In this document: positions 47,530 through 60,831 of the stretch, in pieces
Numbering within the stretch: position 1 is the first letter of the stretch
How the letters are laid out: every line of letters begins with the position of its first letter
Source of the DNA: Hemiscyllium ocellatum
Taxonomy: Eukaryota
Assembly: GCF_020745735.1 (NCBI RefSeq)
Contig: NW_026867487.1
Location: 3,100,001 to 3,164,000, forward strand
DNA length: 64,000 nucleotides
Direction of reading: 5' to 3'
Made by a program: the position numbers and the translations under genes
The notes under the pieces: generated by a model
What the model was told of the DNA's origin: nothing
Database searches by the model: none
Seen by the model: the letters and a program-made list of their open reading frames with translations, nothing else

Positions 47530-48060
47530 GAGGGGATCTAATCATCATCCCTTGATGTTCAATGGTGTTGCCATTACTGAATCCCCCTCCCCCCACATCC
47601 TGGGGGTTACCATTGAGAGAAAATCTAACCATCGCCCCTTTGATGTTCAATGGTGTTACAATTTCTCAATACTCCCACTATCAACATCCTGGGGGCTTAC
47701 CATTGATACAGAATCTAACCATCGCTCCCTTGACGTTCAATGGCGTTACTATTACTCAATACACCCATTATCAACATCCTGGGGGTTCGGATTAAGAGAG
47801 AATCTAACCATCGCCCTCTTGACTTTCAATGGCGTGACCATTACTCAATACTCCCACTGTCAACATCCCGGGTTTTGCCATTGAGAACATCTGACCATTG
47901 CCCCCTTGACGTTCAGTGGTGTTCACATTACTCAATGCTCCCACTATCAACATCCTGGGGGTACCATTGAGAGGAAGTCTGACCATCGCCCCATTGACAT
48001 TCAATGGCGTTAACATTACTCAGTATTCCCACTATCAACATCCTGGGGGTTACTATTGAC
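47530..48060. repeat. About 88-bp tandem repeat (about 6 copies) derived from a LINE segment
   Basis: Unit TTGATGTTCAATGG...CCCACTATCAACATCCTGGGGG...AATCTAACCATCGCCC; the last unit runs into the LINE fragment at 48040. Confidence 0.85.
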
Positions 48061-48690
48061 CAGAAACTCAACCGGACTCACCACAAAACACAACGGCTGC
48101 AAGAGCAGGTCAGGGGTTAGGAGTAGCCATTAGTTCCTCACTTCCCGACTCCCCACAGCCTGTCTACCATCGACAGGACAAAAGTCAGGAGTGTGATGGA
48201 TTACTCCACACTTGTCTGAATGGGGCAGCTCCTCTAACACTCGAAAAGCTTGATATTATCCAGGACAAAGCAAGCTCTGCTCGATTGGCACCTCATCAAC
48301 AAACACCCACTCCCTCCACAACCGAAGCTCAGCAGCAGCATCGTTTACCATCTACGAGATGCACTGCAGAAATTCACCAAAGATTCTCAGACAACACTTT
48401 CTGAACCCACAGTCACTTCCCACAGAAGGACAAGGGGGAGCAGATACATGGGAACACCACCCCTTCAAGTTCCTTCCGAATTACTCCCCATCCTGGCTTG
48501 GAAATACATCAGCCGTTCCTTCAGTGTGGCTGGGTCAGAATCCTGAAATTCCCCTCCCCCAGGGACATCGTGGGTCCACCTAAAGCACTTGGACTGCAGC
48601 AGTTCAAGAAAGCAACTCACCACCACCTTCTCAAGGGGACAACTAGTGACAGGGCAATAAATATTGGACCCAGGCAATGATGTCCACATC
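48040..48690 (+). mobile_element. Non-CR1 LINE 3' fragment
   Basis: Decayed coding-like sequence ending CACCACCTTCTCAAGGG...GGCAATAAAT; homologous to 17200-17690. Confidence 0.65.
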
Positions 48691-49169
48691 CCACAAGGGA
48701 ACAAAATATAAAAAAAAGAAGTTTGAAACTATGGTTACAGTCAAGTAAACATTTTTCAGTTTAACTTAGACAACGTTAGATATCCCGTGTACCTTGCTGA
48801 TATCTGAACACAGCACATGAACTTCCCTGGATTATCAATGATGAAGGAATTATTCAAGGAAACCACTGCCCACGGTTTAAAGCACTTTTGTAAACCTTAC
48901 ATGTCCTAATGTCTATATTGGTTAACACCAACGCTGTGGGCTAACACCCCACAGAACAGATCGAGTGATAGATGTGGCTGGGGAGCTGAGATTTCACAAC
49001 AGCTTAACCGGAAGTGAGTGAAACAGGGTTAGCAGTTCCTCAGACCGTCTTTGGTTCGATTTTTTATTGTCACGCGTGCACAGGTACAGTGAAAAGTTTA
49101 GACAGATCATGCCATACAAAAGTGCACGAGGATATAGAACAGAGGGAGGAAAGCAAAGTTACATAGAAT

Positions 49170-50395
49170 ATAGAAAAATACAGCACAGTACAGGCCCTTT
49201 GGCCCTCGATGTTGCGCCGATCCAAGCCCACCTAACCTACACTAGCCCACTATCCTCCATATGTCTATTCAATGCCCGTTTAAATGCCCATAAAGTGGGA
49301 GAGTCCACCACTGCTACTGGCAGGGCATTCCATGAACTCACGACTCGCTGAGTAAAGAATCTATCCCTAACATCTGTCCTGTACCTTAATTTAAATCTAT
49401 GCCCCCTCGTAAAAGCTGACTCTATACGTGGAAAAAGGTTCTCATGGTTAACCCTATCTAAACCCCTAATCATTTTGTAAAATGCTGCAGGGAAGGTGCA
49501 CAGAATGTGAGGTCAACAATGCATGTACAATTTGAGAGGTCCATCCAGACGTCTAGCAACAGCGGGCAAGAAGCTGTTCTTAAATCGGTTCGTACACGTG
49601 CTTAACTTTTGTATGGTCTAATGGGCGGAAGAGAATGGAACCGGGGTAGGAGGGGTCTTTGATGATGCTGGTAGTTTTCCCGAGGCAGAGGGATGTATAG
49701 ATACAATGAATGGGAGGAAGGCTGGTATCCTGATAGACTGAGCTGCACTCACAACTCTTTGTCACTTACTACGGTCGTGGTGCAGGGAAGATGCCAAGCC
49801 ACTGCATCCAGATGAAATGCTTTCTATGGAGCGTCCATTTAAAAAAAAAACTGATCAGAGTAATCGACCGAAATGCAGTGAAAAACCTTGTGTCTGAGCA
49901 CAACTTGCGGATCATAGCAAACAAGGATGTACAGAAAGAAAAATGATTTAGACAGAGGCATAAGGTAATATGGACATGGCGAATTTCAATAGACAATAGA
50001 CAATAGGTGCAGGAATAGTCCATTCGACCCTTCGAGCCATCACCACCATTCATTATGATCATGGCTGATCATCTACAATCAGTATCCTGTTCCTGCCTTA
50101 TCCCCATAACCCTTGATTTCAGTATTTTTAAGATCTCTATCCATTTCTTTCTTGACTGTAAGCAGAGACTTGGTCTCCACTGCCCTCTGGGGCAGAGCAT
50201 TCCATACACCCACCACTACCTGGGTGAAGAAGTTTCTCCTCAACTCTGTTCTAAATGGCCTACCCCTTATTTTTAAACTGTGTCCTCTGGTTGTGGACTC
50301 ACCCATCAGCGGAAACATGCTTCCTGCCTCCACAGTGTCCAATCCTTTAATAATTTTATACTTCTCAATCAGATTTCCTCTCATCCTTCTAAATT
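49170..50395 (-). mobile_element. Cluster of LINE 3' fragments (CR1 at 49170-49480 and 49990-50395; another LINE between)
   Basis: MIRGLDRVNHENLFP...FFTQRVVSSWNALP and KIIKGLD...FFTQVVVGVWNALP. Confidence 0.8.
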
Positions 50396-50655
50396 TACAC
50401 ATGAAAGAAGTGAAACTATCACTGTATTCTAACAGATGAAAGGCTCAACAGACAATCAATTTTTCAATGTATAATTTCAGCTACATCACACTGCAAATAT
50501 TTGCTATAAATTCTGTGTTATGATCAAGCCCTCCACAATCACCTGATGAAGGAGCAACGCTCCGAAAGCTAGTGCGCTTCCAGTTAAACCTGTTGGACTA
50601 TAACCTGTTGTGTGATTTTTAACTTTGTACGTCCCAGTCCAACACTGGCATCTCC
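50395..50655. mobile_element. Penelope-derived repeat with intact minimal hammerhead (50540-50574, +)
   Basis: CAC-CTGATGA-aGGAGCaacGCTCC-GAAAG-CTA-GTG; flank homologous to 32110-32370. Confidence 0.7.
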
Positions 50656-53600
50656 AAATCATGGCTTGGAAGGGATCTCCTGTAACTTGAACAATACTAA
50701 CACGTCATTCCCTCAGGGAAACGCACGAGTCTCAGTGCTTTTATCTGCCACCTGCTTCATTCTATGCTGTGCTCTGTTTAGGTGCTGTTTAGCTAACTCA
50801 CCTACTCCATATAATCTCTCCCTCACCTCTGATACATAATATAAGTGTGATATCTCCGAATTTGGTCCAGTGAATCTTATTTTAATTAATTTGAAAGGGT
50901 CTCTCACTTCATGCCTGAATATTAACGCAAAGGGAGTGAGTTGAGTAGATTCATTTGGGGCATCTCTAATGGCAAATAATATGATTGGGATACCTTTACG
51001 CCAATCATTCAGTTGTCCTGATAGTACGCTCTCAGCATGGTCTTTAAGGTTTGATGCCACCTTTCTAATGCTCCCTAGGATTCAGGATGATACACTCTGG
51101 TTTTAATGTGCTTTATACATATGCCATCCATAATCTCCGTAAACAGCCGAGCAGTACAATATGACGCTTGGTCCAACTGAGTTTCTCTTGGTAGCCCATA
51201 CCGTGTGAAGAAAGCTACTAACGCCTCGATCTCCCTTTTTGCCTTTATACTCCGTAATGGAATTGCCTCCGAGATCTGTTGGACATATCCAGTGTGGGTG
51301 ACAAGTACTGGTTCCCAATTTACATTCTCAGGAGGGGACCTACACAATCAATTACAACCCTTCTGAAAGGTCCTACAAATGTGGGAATTGGCAACAAAGG
51401 TACTGATATCATTACCGCCTGTGGCTGACCTACCAGTTGTCATGTGCACCACGTATGGCAAAATTTAACCATATCCTTGTATAGTCCAGGTCAATAAAAA
51501 TATTTTTGTACCTTAGTCTGAATCTGTCGAACCTCAAGGTGACCTCCTTCAGTAAGCTCATACCTTACCCACTTATCTGTATGCTACTGGCATCACAATC
51601 GGGTGCACTTCGGCCCATTTCTCCTCTGCACTAACCTGCTGTGGTCTCCATTTCCATCTGAGGATTCTATCTTTCAGACAACAACCCTCAGGAATATCCT
51701 CTGCCTTCCATTTCAGTGTACCACAAATATAGCCTTTTTTAAAATCTTGCTGTGCTGTTGCAAGTCCCTCAGCCTTTCAGGACTCAACACTTCTGGCTGA
51801 CCCTTTCCCTGTTCAGGTTTTTCCTGCACTATTACGTCAAACAGGGCGTCTGCTAACAGAATCGCCACTCCTTCATTATCCTCTTTACTTTTCACTTCGT
51901 GCTGTGCCTTATGATGGTGGGATCTGGTTACCACACAGTCTGGGAAAATGCGAGGATATTTCTGTTTCTAACTCTTCAGTTGCTTGGTCTTTCCTGGGCG
52001 TCTCCACAACAACAGGGTATTACTCCCACCTTGGAACCTGCCAAATCAATCCCAAGAACAAACTGAATTCTCAGGACTGACAGTCTGTCAATCTTGCCTA
52101 GCCTTGAGTTGGCACTCCAACCTGATCTTACATCGGGGAACGCTAAATTTCTGTCCATCTACCCCATAAATTGCCACACTTTCAGATAACAGGTTAGAAA
52201 GAGTGCGCATTTGCGCATCCCTTACTATCAGTGAATGGTTAGATCTCAAAACTATAACTTCCACCTCTTCTCCTCCTGTTCTTTTTGAGTATATGGGCGG
52301 CACGGTGACACAGTGGTTAGCACTGCTGCCTCGCAGCGCTAGAGACCCGGATTCAATTCCCGCCTCAGGCGACTGTGTGGAGTTTGCACATTCTCCCCGT
52401 GTCTGCGTGGGTTTCCTCCTGATGCTCCGGTTTCCTCGTGCAGGTCAGGTGAATTGGCCATGCTAAATTGCCTGTATTGTTACGTAAGGGGTAAATGTAG
52501 GGGCATGGGTGGGTTGCGCTTCAGTGGGTCGATGTGGACTTGTTGGGCCGAAGGGCCTGTTTCCACACTGTAAGTAATCTAAACATTACCCACAGAGGTG
52601 AATTTTTTGTAGAGATCAGGTGCTAACTCCATACCCAGCCCCTGCCGAGGCTGTGCACTCTCCTGCAGCTCCTTGGGTCTTCTTCGGGTCTCCTATACTA
52701 CCTTCACTAACTCTACTGTCTTAGCTTCTATAACTACAACTTTTCCCGTAGCGCCTTTTTTTTTTAACGACCAGCACTGTGACTTTCCATCTCACATTTT
52801 CTCACAGTGGAAATACCTGAGGCCTTTTAACTCTTTTTCACCCTCGTGGGCTTCTGTTTTATAACGTGGTAAAGTCTTAACAGTGCTCTCTGCTCTTATT
52901 TTCCCAGTGTAGGACCTCCTCTTCTCCCAACTTCTATCCTTCACAGGACGAAACTCTGGCAGGAAGCTTGTCTTATACACCAACATATACTGATCTACTA
53001 ATTCTGCTGTCCTTCTCAATTCCTGAACTTGCTGTTCCTCCACGTGAATTTTTACCATCTCTGGAAATGAGTTTTTAAACTCCTCCAGCAGAATAATCTC
53101 TCTTAGAGCCTCAAAGGTCCTATCTATTTTCAAAGCATGCACCCATCGGTCAAAATGACTATCTTTATATTCTTTCAAACTCAACATAAATCTGATCTGG
53201 TTCCTTCTTTGTGTTTCTGAACCGCTGCCTATATGCATCTGGTACCAATTCGTAAGCACTTAAAATAGTCTGTTTAACCTCTTCATAATCTCTTGACACC
53301 CTCTCCTGACAGCGTGGCTCACTAGCTCTGTCTATGCGTTCCGTTTGAACTAGCATTACCCATAGATCCTCAGAACACCCCATCTGCTTAGCCAATTTTT
53401 CCAATGAAATAGAGAAGACTTTAACATTTTTCTCATTAAAATATGGCAGAATTTTGACATATTTATACATATCACTGCCTTACCTTTTAATCTCCATCCT
53501 GTTAACTTAACTTTGCTGACTAAGTAACAACTTCTCAAGTTCAAATGTTCTCTCTTTTTGCTCAGCTTCGAACCTTCTCTCTGTATTTCGTTTTCCTCTC

Positions 53601-54171
53601 TCCCTGTGTTTCTCTCTCCCTTTCTTCTCTCTCTCTCTCTTTGCTCAGCTAAGAACCCTTTCTCACTCTCTTTTTCCTCTCTCCTGTCTTCCCTCTCTTT
53701 CACTTTCTCTTTCCCCCCTCCCTCTTTGTTTATCTTCTGACTCCATTTTACTGAATTGTAATTTAAGTTTTTCTACCTCCACTGCACTTGTCTGTTTCTC
53801 TGACACATCTAAGTTTTTGAGTAATTCCCTGACAATTTCAGGTTTACTTTTGTCCTCGGTTAAATCCAAATCGGATTTGTTTGCTTACTCTAAAAAAAAA
53901 GCCTTTTTCTTTCTGTCCACACTTACTTGGCAAATTTGAGAATCATCTTCAAATCCCAGAACGTCGTTAGCAATTTTAAGAACCAATTTTCTCACATTTA
54001 ATTTAACTAACTAGAAGTCACCGAAATTAAACAAATTGTCTTATCTACTTTTTATTTCTAGATTCGGACACTAACTTGCAAGTGTTTAGATCTGCTGGCA
54101 ATTTTCGTCCCCCTAAATCTATCCTAATCTCTATAAACCAGTTCAAACCCAGATGACGAGCCACCCAAATC
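50655..54171 (-). mobile_element. Gypsy (Gmr1-like) internal region, copy 1: gag (SCAN-like), protease, integrase; truncated
   Basis: LREIILLEEFKNSFPEMVKIHV; CxxC-type knuckle remnant; integrase FFTRYGLPRETQLDQ and KGIPIILFAIRDAPNEST; PBS-like TTGGGTGGCTCGTC at about 54155-54168; contains a SINE at 52295-52582. Confidence 0.88.
52295..52582 (+). mobile_element. HE1-like SINE nested in Gypsy copy 1
   Basis: GGCGGCACGGTGACACAGTGGTTAGCACTG head; TAAGTAATCTAA tail. Confidence 0.88.
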
Positions 54172-55308
54172 TGGTATGATACCGTGTAATCTCACCTGCT
54201 TAATTTAACCAGCAAAACAGAAAAGATTTATGCCGTGCAGCAATCTGTGAAAATTCGAGATATCAAGAACTGTTTGAAGTGAAAATTAACAACTTTATTT
54301 CTGAAAGTATAATAGAGAATAACTAATTAACAACTATTTGCACCTCCTTCCTCTAGCCCATCTTTTACCATCCCCGTCTACAACACTAGTCCGATAAACA
54401 CACCGCACCTCCCCCCCCCGATTAAGAATTACAAAACAAAACTGTTTCTCTCAAAACCAGGCAGCTTTCTCTTCTCCTCTGCATTCCAGTTTTTTTTTCT
54501 TCTTCTATGGGATTCTACTTCACTGGTGACTGATGTTAAAGATACCTTGAAGAGAGTTTTTTTTCCCGGCAGTCTCCACATGCTGTCTTGGAAATTCTCC
54601 CCCCAACTGTTCAATTTTGCCCGGTCTTAAAGTGCCAAAGCATCGGATTTTGTTATCGGCTTTTAAGATCGCCAATATCTGAAATCCAAACTTGATTGGA
54701 ATTTGATTTTATTTGGGGGGCATAATTTGAACTGATTGGCAGAAGTCGAATTTTGTTTTGTCTCCAGGCAACCAGCTACGCTAACAGCTGACCAAAAGGT
54801 TCCATTATAACATTTTTCAGAACACTTGGTTCTGTGAGGTAGTTCTGTTGCTTTTAACTCTCTTAAAGGTGCAGTACACCGTCATCTTCATAACACTCTC
54901 CAGATTTTCCTCTGTCGTCTTTTCGATGTTCTGCTGTACAAACGTCTTACAGACAGGTGCCTTTCAAAGAGCTGTTCTGCTGGCGGTTTGTACTCGTTGG
55001 TGGGAATTGGCAGTTCTCCCCCTAATGTTTCAAACTGCCTGGTTTTATACCCCAAACATTAGATCCTTTCATTAGTTCTATCACTATCAAATAAAGTTTC
55101 AAGTTTGATTGGATTTTGGAATCTTGGGGGCATAATGTAAACTGATTGGCTGAATTTGAATTTGTTTTTGTATCATGGCTAGTCAGCTGCACCATTGATT
55201 TCACAACCAAATGTTACATTTTAAGTTCTTTTCGTATGTGCCTCTCCTAGACCGTGCCAGCTTCCAGTGTCTCTTAAAAATACAGTACACACCTACACCT
55301 TCATAACA
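54172..55308 (-). mobile_element. LTR A (with internal duplication)
   Basis: Termini TGGTATGA...TCATAACA; PPT-like AAGGAGGGACG on the high-coordinate side, PBS on the low side; segment about 54600-54896 repeated at about 55000-55308; homologous to 60136-60831. Confidence 0.75.
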
Positions 55309-58300
55309 CGTCCCTCCTTAAGAAAAATGAACTATCATAATGAAATGACGTCTTGAGGTTTTTTTTGTCTCTATGCCTTAAAGATGATACCATGACATCC
55401 ATATGACTTTAATCTGAGTTCATATGAACTTCTTCCCACACAAATATGACATTGAATAGATATTAATCTTATGTATACTTTATCAGTTAAATCTGCAACA
55501 AATCATCTGTGATTACATTCTTATGACCTGCAACATGCATGGTATGTAAATTAAAAATGTGTGACGTGGGATTCCAACAAAATGGTCGCATATTCTTGTG
55601 TTTACAGCGTTCCAAGAATGCAGGAGGATTGTGATCATACACATGACAGTCTCTGACAAATTGTTTGTGACATACAACTTAAAATCTTGCAAGACCAGTT
55701 CCAAGCTTAAGAGTTTTTTTCGATCTTGGAGAATTTCCTCCAGTGGATGTTGAATTTCTTCAAAACTGACAGTTCAATCCCATCATTATTTTCCTGCAGC
55801 AGTATAGCTTCAACACCTACGTAACCAGCATCGATTGCAATTTAAAAAGGTTTTGAAACGTTTGGTGTAGCTAAAACTGGTGTGGGGATTAATATTGCTT
55901 GCAAATGGTCAAATGCCTCCTGGCACTGTTCTGCCCGCCGAAACTTTGTGTTCTTTTTCAGCAAATCGGTGAACAATGCCATTAAAATGACGAAGTTTGG
56001 AACAAACTTGCGATAGAGTCCGTTTAGTCCCAAGAATTGAAGCATCTCTTTCTTCGAGATTGGTCATGGAAATTCCTCGACGGTCTTTGTCTTTGCATTC
56101 TGTGGGGTCAACCTTACATGACCAATGCTATGTTCCAAGAACCTCGCCTCTGCTTTCGCGAATTCAGCTTTGTTCAAGTTCATTATCAGTTTTGATACTC
56201 GTAGTCATTTAAAGAGCTCTGCCAAGTGTACCATGTGCACATTCTACGACTTACTAAAGATCACTACATCGTCCAAACAGACTACACAGTTTGTTAGTCT
56301 AGTCACAACTCTGTTCATGAGTCTCTGGAATGTGGATGGCATGTCCTTCATTCCAGTGGGCATCACTTTGAATGGATATAGCCCACTTGGGGTTACAAAA
56401 GCATAAATCTTTTTCACTCTCTCTGATAAACGTACCTTCCCGTAACCACGCAGTAAGTCCAACTTGGTGATGTAACTAGCTTGTCCAACTTTCTGGATTT
56501 AACCCTTTGATCTCGGTATTGGGTATGGGTCTGATTTTATAACGGCGTTGACCTTCTGATAATGCATGTTAAATGGTTGACTCCCATCTGGTTTGGGAAC
56601 GAAGATGATCAGTGAACACCACTCACTTTGAATTGGTTCAATAATATCCTCCAGCATGACTGCCACCTCCTTCTGGGCCTGTCTGGCTTTGAAATGATCA
56701 AGGTGATAGGCTTGCTGTTTTATCAGAGTCGTACTTCCTCATCTACTTCATGTACAATAGCATTAGACCACCCAACTGATTCTTATGTATGTCCTTATAT
56801 TGCAGGAACAAACATTTAACTGCGTTCTATGCTCCTGAGACTGATAGCTTACTAAATCTTCACGCTCCTCAAGGACTTCTTTTTTTCGCATATTTTGAGG
56901 CCCATCAAAATCCACACCCTCTGGATTTGATTATTTCTCCAGTTGTTTCCCTCTCACATAATACGGTTTCAACACGTTCACATGACATACTTTTTTTCCC
57001 CCTATCTGTCATCTTTACTCGATAGTTGATCTGACTCAACTTTTTCTCAATTTGATAGGAACCACTAATCCTGGCTTTGAAGGGATGCCCTATCACTGGT
57101 AACAATAATAACATGTTATCCCCTCGGGAAGAAGTCTGAGTCTCAGAGCTTTTATTGCCACCAGCTTCATCCTATGCTGCGCCCTATTTTGGTGCTGTTT
57201 ATGACACTCAGCTACTCGATTCAATCTCTCCTTCACCTTCCATCCATAACCTAAGTGTGACATCTCCGACTTTGGTCTGGCCAATTTTTACTTAATTAAT
57301 TTCAAAGGGCCTCTCACTTCATGCACGAATATTAACTCAAAGGGAATAAACTGAGCAGATTCGTTTGAGGCATCTCTCATGGTAAATGATATGAATGGGA
57401 TACCTTTATCCTGATCATTCGGGTAATCCTGACTGTATGCTGTCAACATGGTCTTCAAGGTCTGATGCCACATTTCTAAACCTCCCTGGGATTCACATTA
57501 TACGCATTGGATTTAAATTGCTGTCTGCCTAAGCTTTCCACATTATCTCCTTAAACAGCCTAACAGTAAAACTTGACCTTTGGTCTGACGAAATCTCTCC
57601 GGGTAGCCTATACCATGTGAAGAAAGCTACTAATTCTTCTGCATCCTTTTTGCCTTGATACTCGTAACGGAATTGCCTCTGGAACTCTGGTAGACACATT
57701 CATTTTGTGTTATAAATACTGGTTCCCATTTTCCATTTCCGGGAGGGGTCCTACACAAACAATATAAGCATGCACGCTTCTTCAAATGCGGGAATTGGGT
57801 AACAAATGTACTGGTTTTCTTACCACCCGTGGCCTACCTACCATTTGGCAAAAGTCAACCACACCCTTGTGCATTCCACGTCAATAAAAATGATTCAAAC
57901 CTTAGCCTGGGTCTTTCTTACAGGTAGTTCATGTGCTACCTGTAACACCTCCGATCTGTATGCTACCAACAACATAATCTGGTGCACCTCAACCCATTTA
58001 TCCGCTGCACTAACCTGCCATGGTCTCAATTTCCATCCTAGGATTCTACCTTTGCGATAATAACCCCCCGGAATGTTCTCTGCCTCCATTTCAGAGTACA
58101 CATCCACATTTTTAAAAGTCATCTTGTGTTTCTATTGCAAGTCCCTTAGCCTTTCAAGACTAAACACTCTCTCTGCTCAGGTCTTTCCTGTCCCATTATG
58201 TTAAACAGGGTGTCTGTTAACTAAACCTCAACTCCTTCATCTTTCTTTTTAGTTTTTGCTTCATGCTGTGATTTATGATAGTGGGATCTGGTTACTACAC

Positions 58301-60135
58301 AGCCTGGGAAAATACCAGGACATTTCAGTTTCAACTCCTCAGCTTCTTGGTCTTCCTTTGGCTTCTCCACAACAAGAGGTGTCACTCCCACCTTGGATCC
58401 TGCTCAACCATTCCAAAGAATAAACTGAAATCCTGGAACTAACACTCTGTCAATCACTCCCACTGTAACGTCCCCAGTCTGGAGTTGGCACAGGGGAACA
58501 CTGAATATCTGTCCATCTATCCCACAAATTACCACACTTTCGGGTAACAGAGCAGAAGGAGTGCAAATTCGTCCATCTCTTACTTTCAGCCACTGGTTAG
58601 ATCTTGTATCTCACAAACTTACAACTTCTTCTCCTTCTCCCCTTTTCTTTCTGAGTGAATTTTAACACAGAGGGGAATTCTGCACTAACTCCATACCCAA
58701 CTCCTGCCTAGGCTGTGCATTCCCCTGCAGCTCCTCGGTTCTTGGGGCTTCCTTTACTATTTTCGCTAATGCCACTGGCTTGGCTTCTTCTTCACATCTT
58801 TTCCCACAATGCCTTTCTTTAAAGATCAGCACAGTAATTTTAAATGTCCCACTTTACCACAGTGGAAATACCTGAGGCCTTTTACCTCCTTTCTACCATC
58901 TTGGGCTTCTTTTTTTAACCTGTGGTAAACCCTTACTGATGTTCTCCAATCTTTGTTGCGAAGTGTAGGATCTCCCCCTTTCCCAACTTGTATCCCTCTC
59001 AGGACAAAGTTCTGGCTGGAAGTTTCTCTTATGCACCATCATGTACTCATCTGCTAATTCTGCAGCCCTTCTCACTTCCTGAACTTTCTATTCATCCACC
59101 TGAATTCGTATCATCTTTAGAAGCGATTTTATAAACTCATCCAGCAGAATTATCTCTCTTAGGTCCTATTCATCGTTATAGCTCCACCAGCATTACTATG
59201 TTTAATTCTTTCAAACTCGACATAAGTCTGACTTAGTTCCTTCTTTGTGTTTCTGAACCACTGTCTATATGCTTCTGGTACCAATTCATAAGTTTTTAAA
59301 ATAGCCTGTTTGACCTCTTCATAATCTCTTGACCCTTCATCTGACAGTGCGGCTCGCTAGCTCTCCCTCCCAGTTTAGCCTGAACTAGCATTGCTCATAA
59401 ATCCTTGGACCATTGCATCTGCTGAGCCAATTGTTCCAATGAAATAAAGAAGGCTTCAACATCTTTTTGATCAAAATGTGGCAGAGTTTTGACATACTTG
59501 TATATATCACTCCCTTCTGTTTTAATCTCCATCCTGTTAATTTGTCTTTGCTGACTAAGTCACAACTTCTCACCTTCAAATCTCTCTCTGTTTGCTTAGC
59601 TGTGAACCTTCTCTCTCTCTTTCTTTTTCCTCTTTCACTCTCTTCTCTCTTGTTCTCTTTCTTCTCTCTCTCTCTCCCTCTCTCCCTCTGTTTATCTTCT
59701 AACTCCATTTTCCTTAATTGCAATTCAAGTTTTTCTACATCGACTGCACTTGTCTGTTTCTCTGAGACACCTAAGTGTTTGAGTAATTCCCTGACAATTT
59801 CAATTTTACTTTCGCGGTTCGAATATCTTTGCGGATTCTAAAATTATGGCTTTTTTCTTTCCTTCAAACCTTGCTTGGTCAGTTTGAGAATCAACTTCAA
59901 ATCCCAGAACCTCTTTACAAATTTTAAGAGCCATCTACCTCACTTTCAATTTAACCAAACACATGTCACCGAGATTAAACAAATTTGTCTCACAGACGTT
60001 TTATTTAAAGATCTAGGGCATTTACTTTCAAGTGTTTAACTTTACTGGGCTTTTTCGTACCCCAAGCTTATTCAAATCTGTCCAAATCTCAGAGTGGATC
60101 TGGCTAAACATGTTCAAATTGCAGAAGCGCCAAAA
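55309..60135 (-). mobile_element. Gypsy (Gmr1-like) internal region, copy 2: gag-PR-IN-RT-RH, degenerate
   Basis: gag 58.9-59.85 kb; integrase 56.9-58.1 kb (KGIPFISFTMRDASNES, GPY/F-like ARISGSY); RT 56.1-56.6 kb (FVTPSGLYPFKVMP...CLDDVVIFS); RT thumb/RNase H 55.5-56.05 kb. Confidence 0.9.
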
Positions 60136-60831
60136 TATTATGACATGCGGTAAACCCCTCTGTTAATTTACCTAACAACACAGAAGAAAATCACCCCACG
60201 GTGTAATCTGTTAATATTCGAGAGGCAAGTAATTATCCCAGAGGTCACTAATTAAAGTAAAAGTTAACAACTTTATTCTTTAAGTCCAACAGAGAATATG
60301 GAAACCAACAAATACTTATAACTCCGTTCTCTTGAACCTATCCTTTTTTTTTAACCTCCTCCGAAAAAAAATCCGGATTAAGATTTACAAAAAAATTCAA
60401 TTCAACTTTCAAAACAGGTCAACTTTCAAACTGCCTCTTCCTCTGTCGTCTTTTCGATGTTCTGCTGTGCTAAACTTTTACAGACAGATACCTTTCAGAT
60501 ATCTGTTCTGCTGGCAGTCTGTACCTGTTGGTGGCTTGGCAACTCTCCTCCTAACTGTTCAAAATGTCTGGTTTTATACCCTAAAACATCGCATCATTCC
60601 ATTGGTTTTAATATTATGAAAATGCTGAATTGAAATTTGATTGGAGTTTGGTATTTTGGGGCATAATTTAAACTGATTGGCAGAATATGAATTTGTTTTT
60701 GTTACATGGTAACTCAACTGCACTATTGGTTTGACAATCAAATTTTACTTTTGAAGTTCTTTCAATGCGCTCTGTCATCTCTATGGCCAGTCTCTCTTAA
60801 AGGTAAAGTGCACACCTACACCTTCATAACA
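60136..60831 (-). mobile_element. LTR B
   Basis: Termini TATTATGA...TCATAACA; PPT-like CAGGGAGTAGG adjacent; diverged homolog of LTR A. Confidence 0.75.

Noticed and set aside
48783-48960. Heptamer-like pairs flanking short cores upstream of the D
   Set aside because: No nonamers at correct spacing; chance matches.
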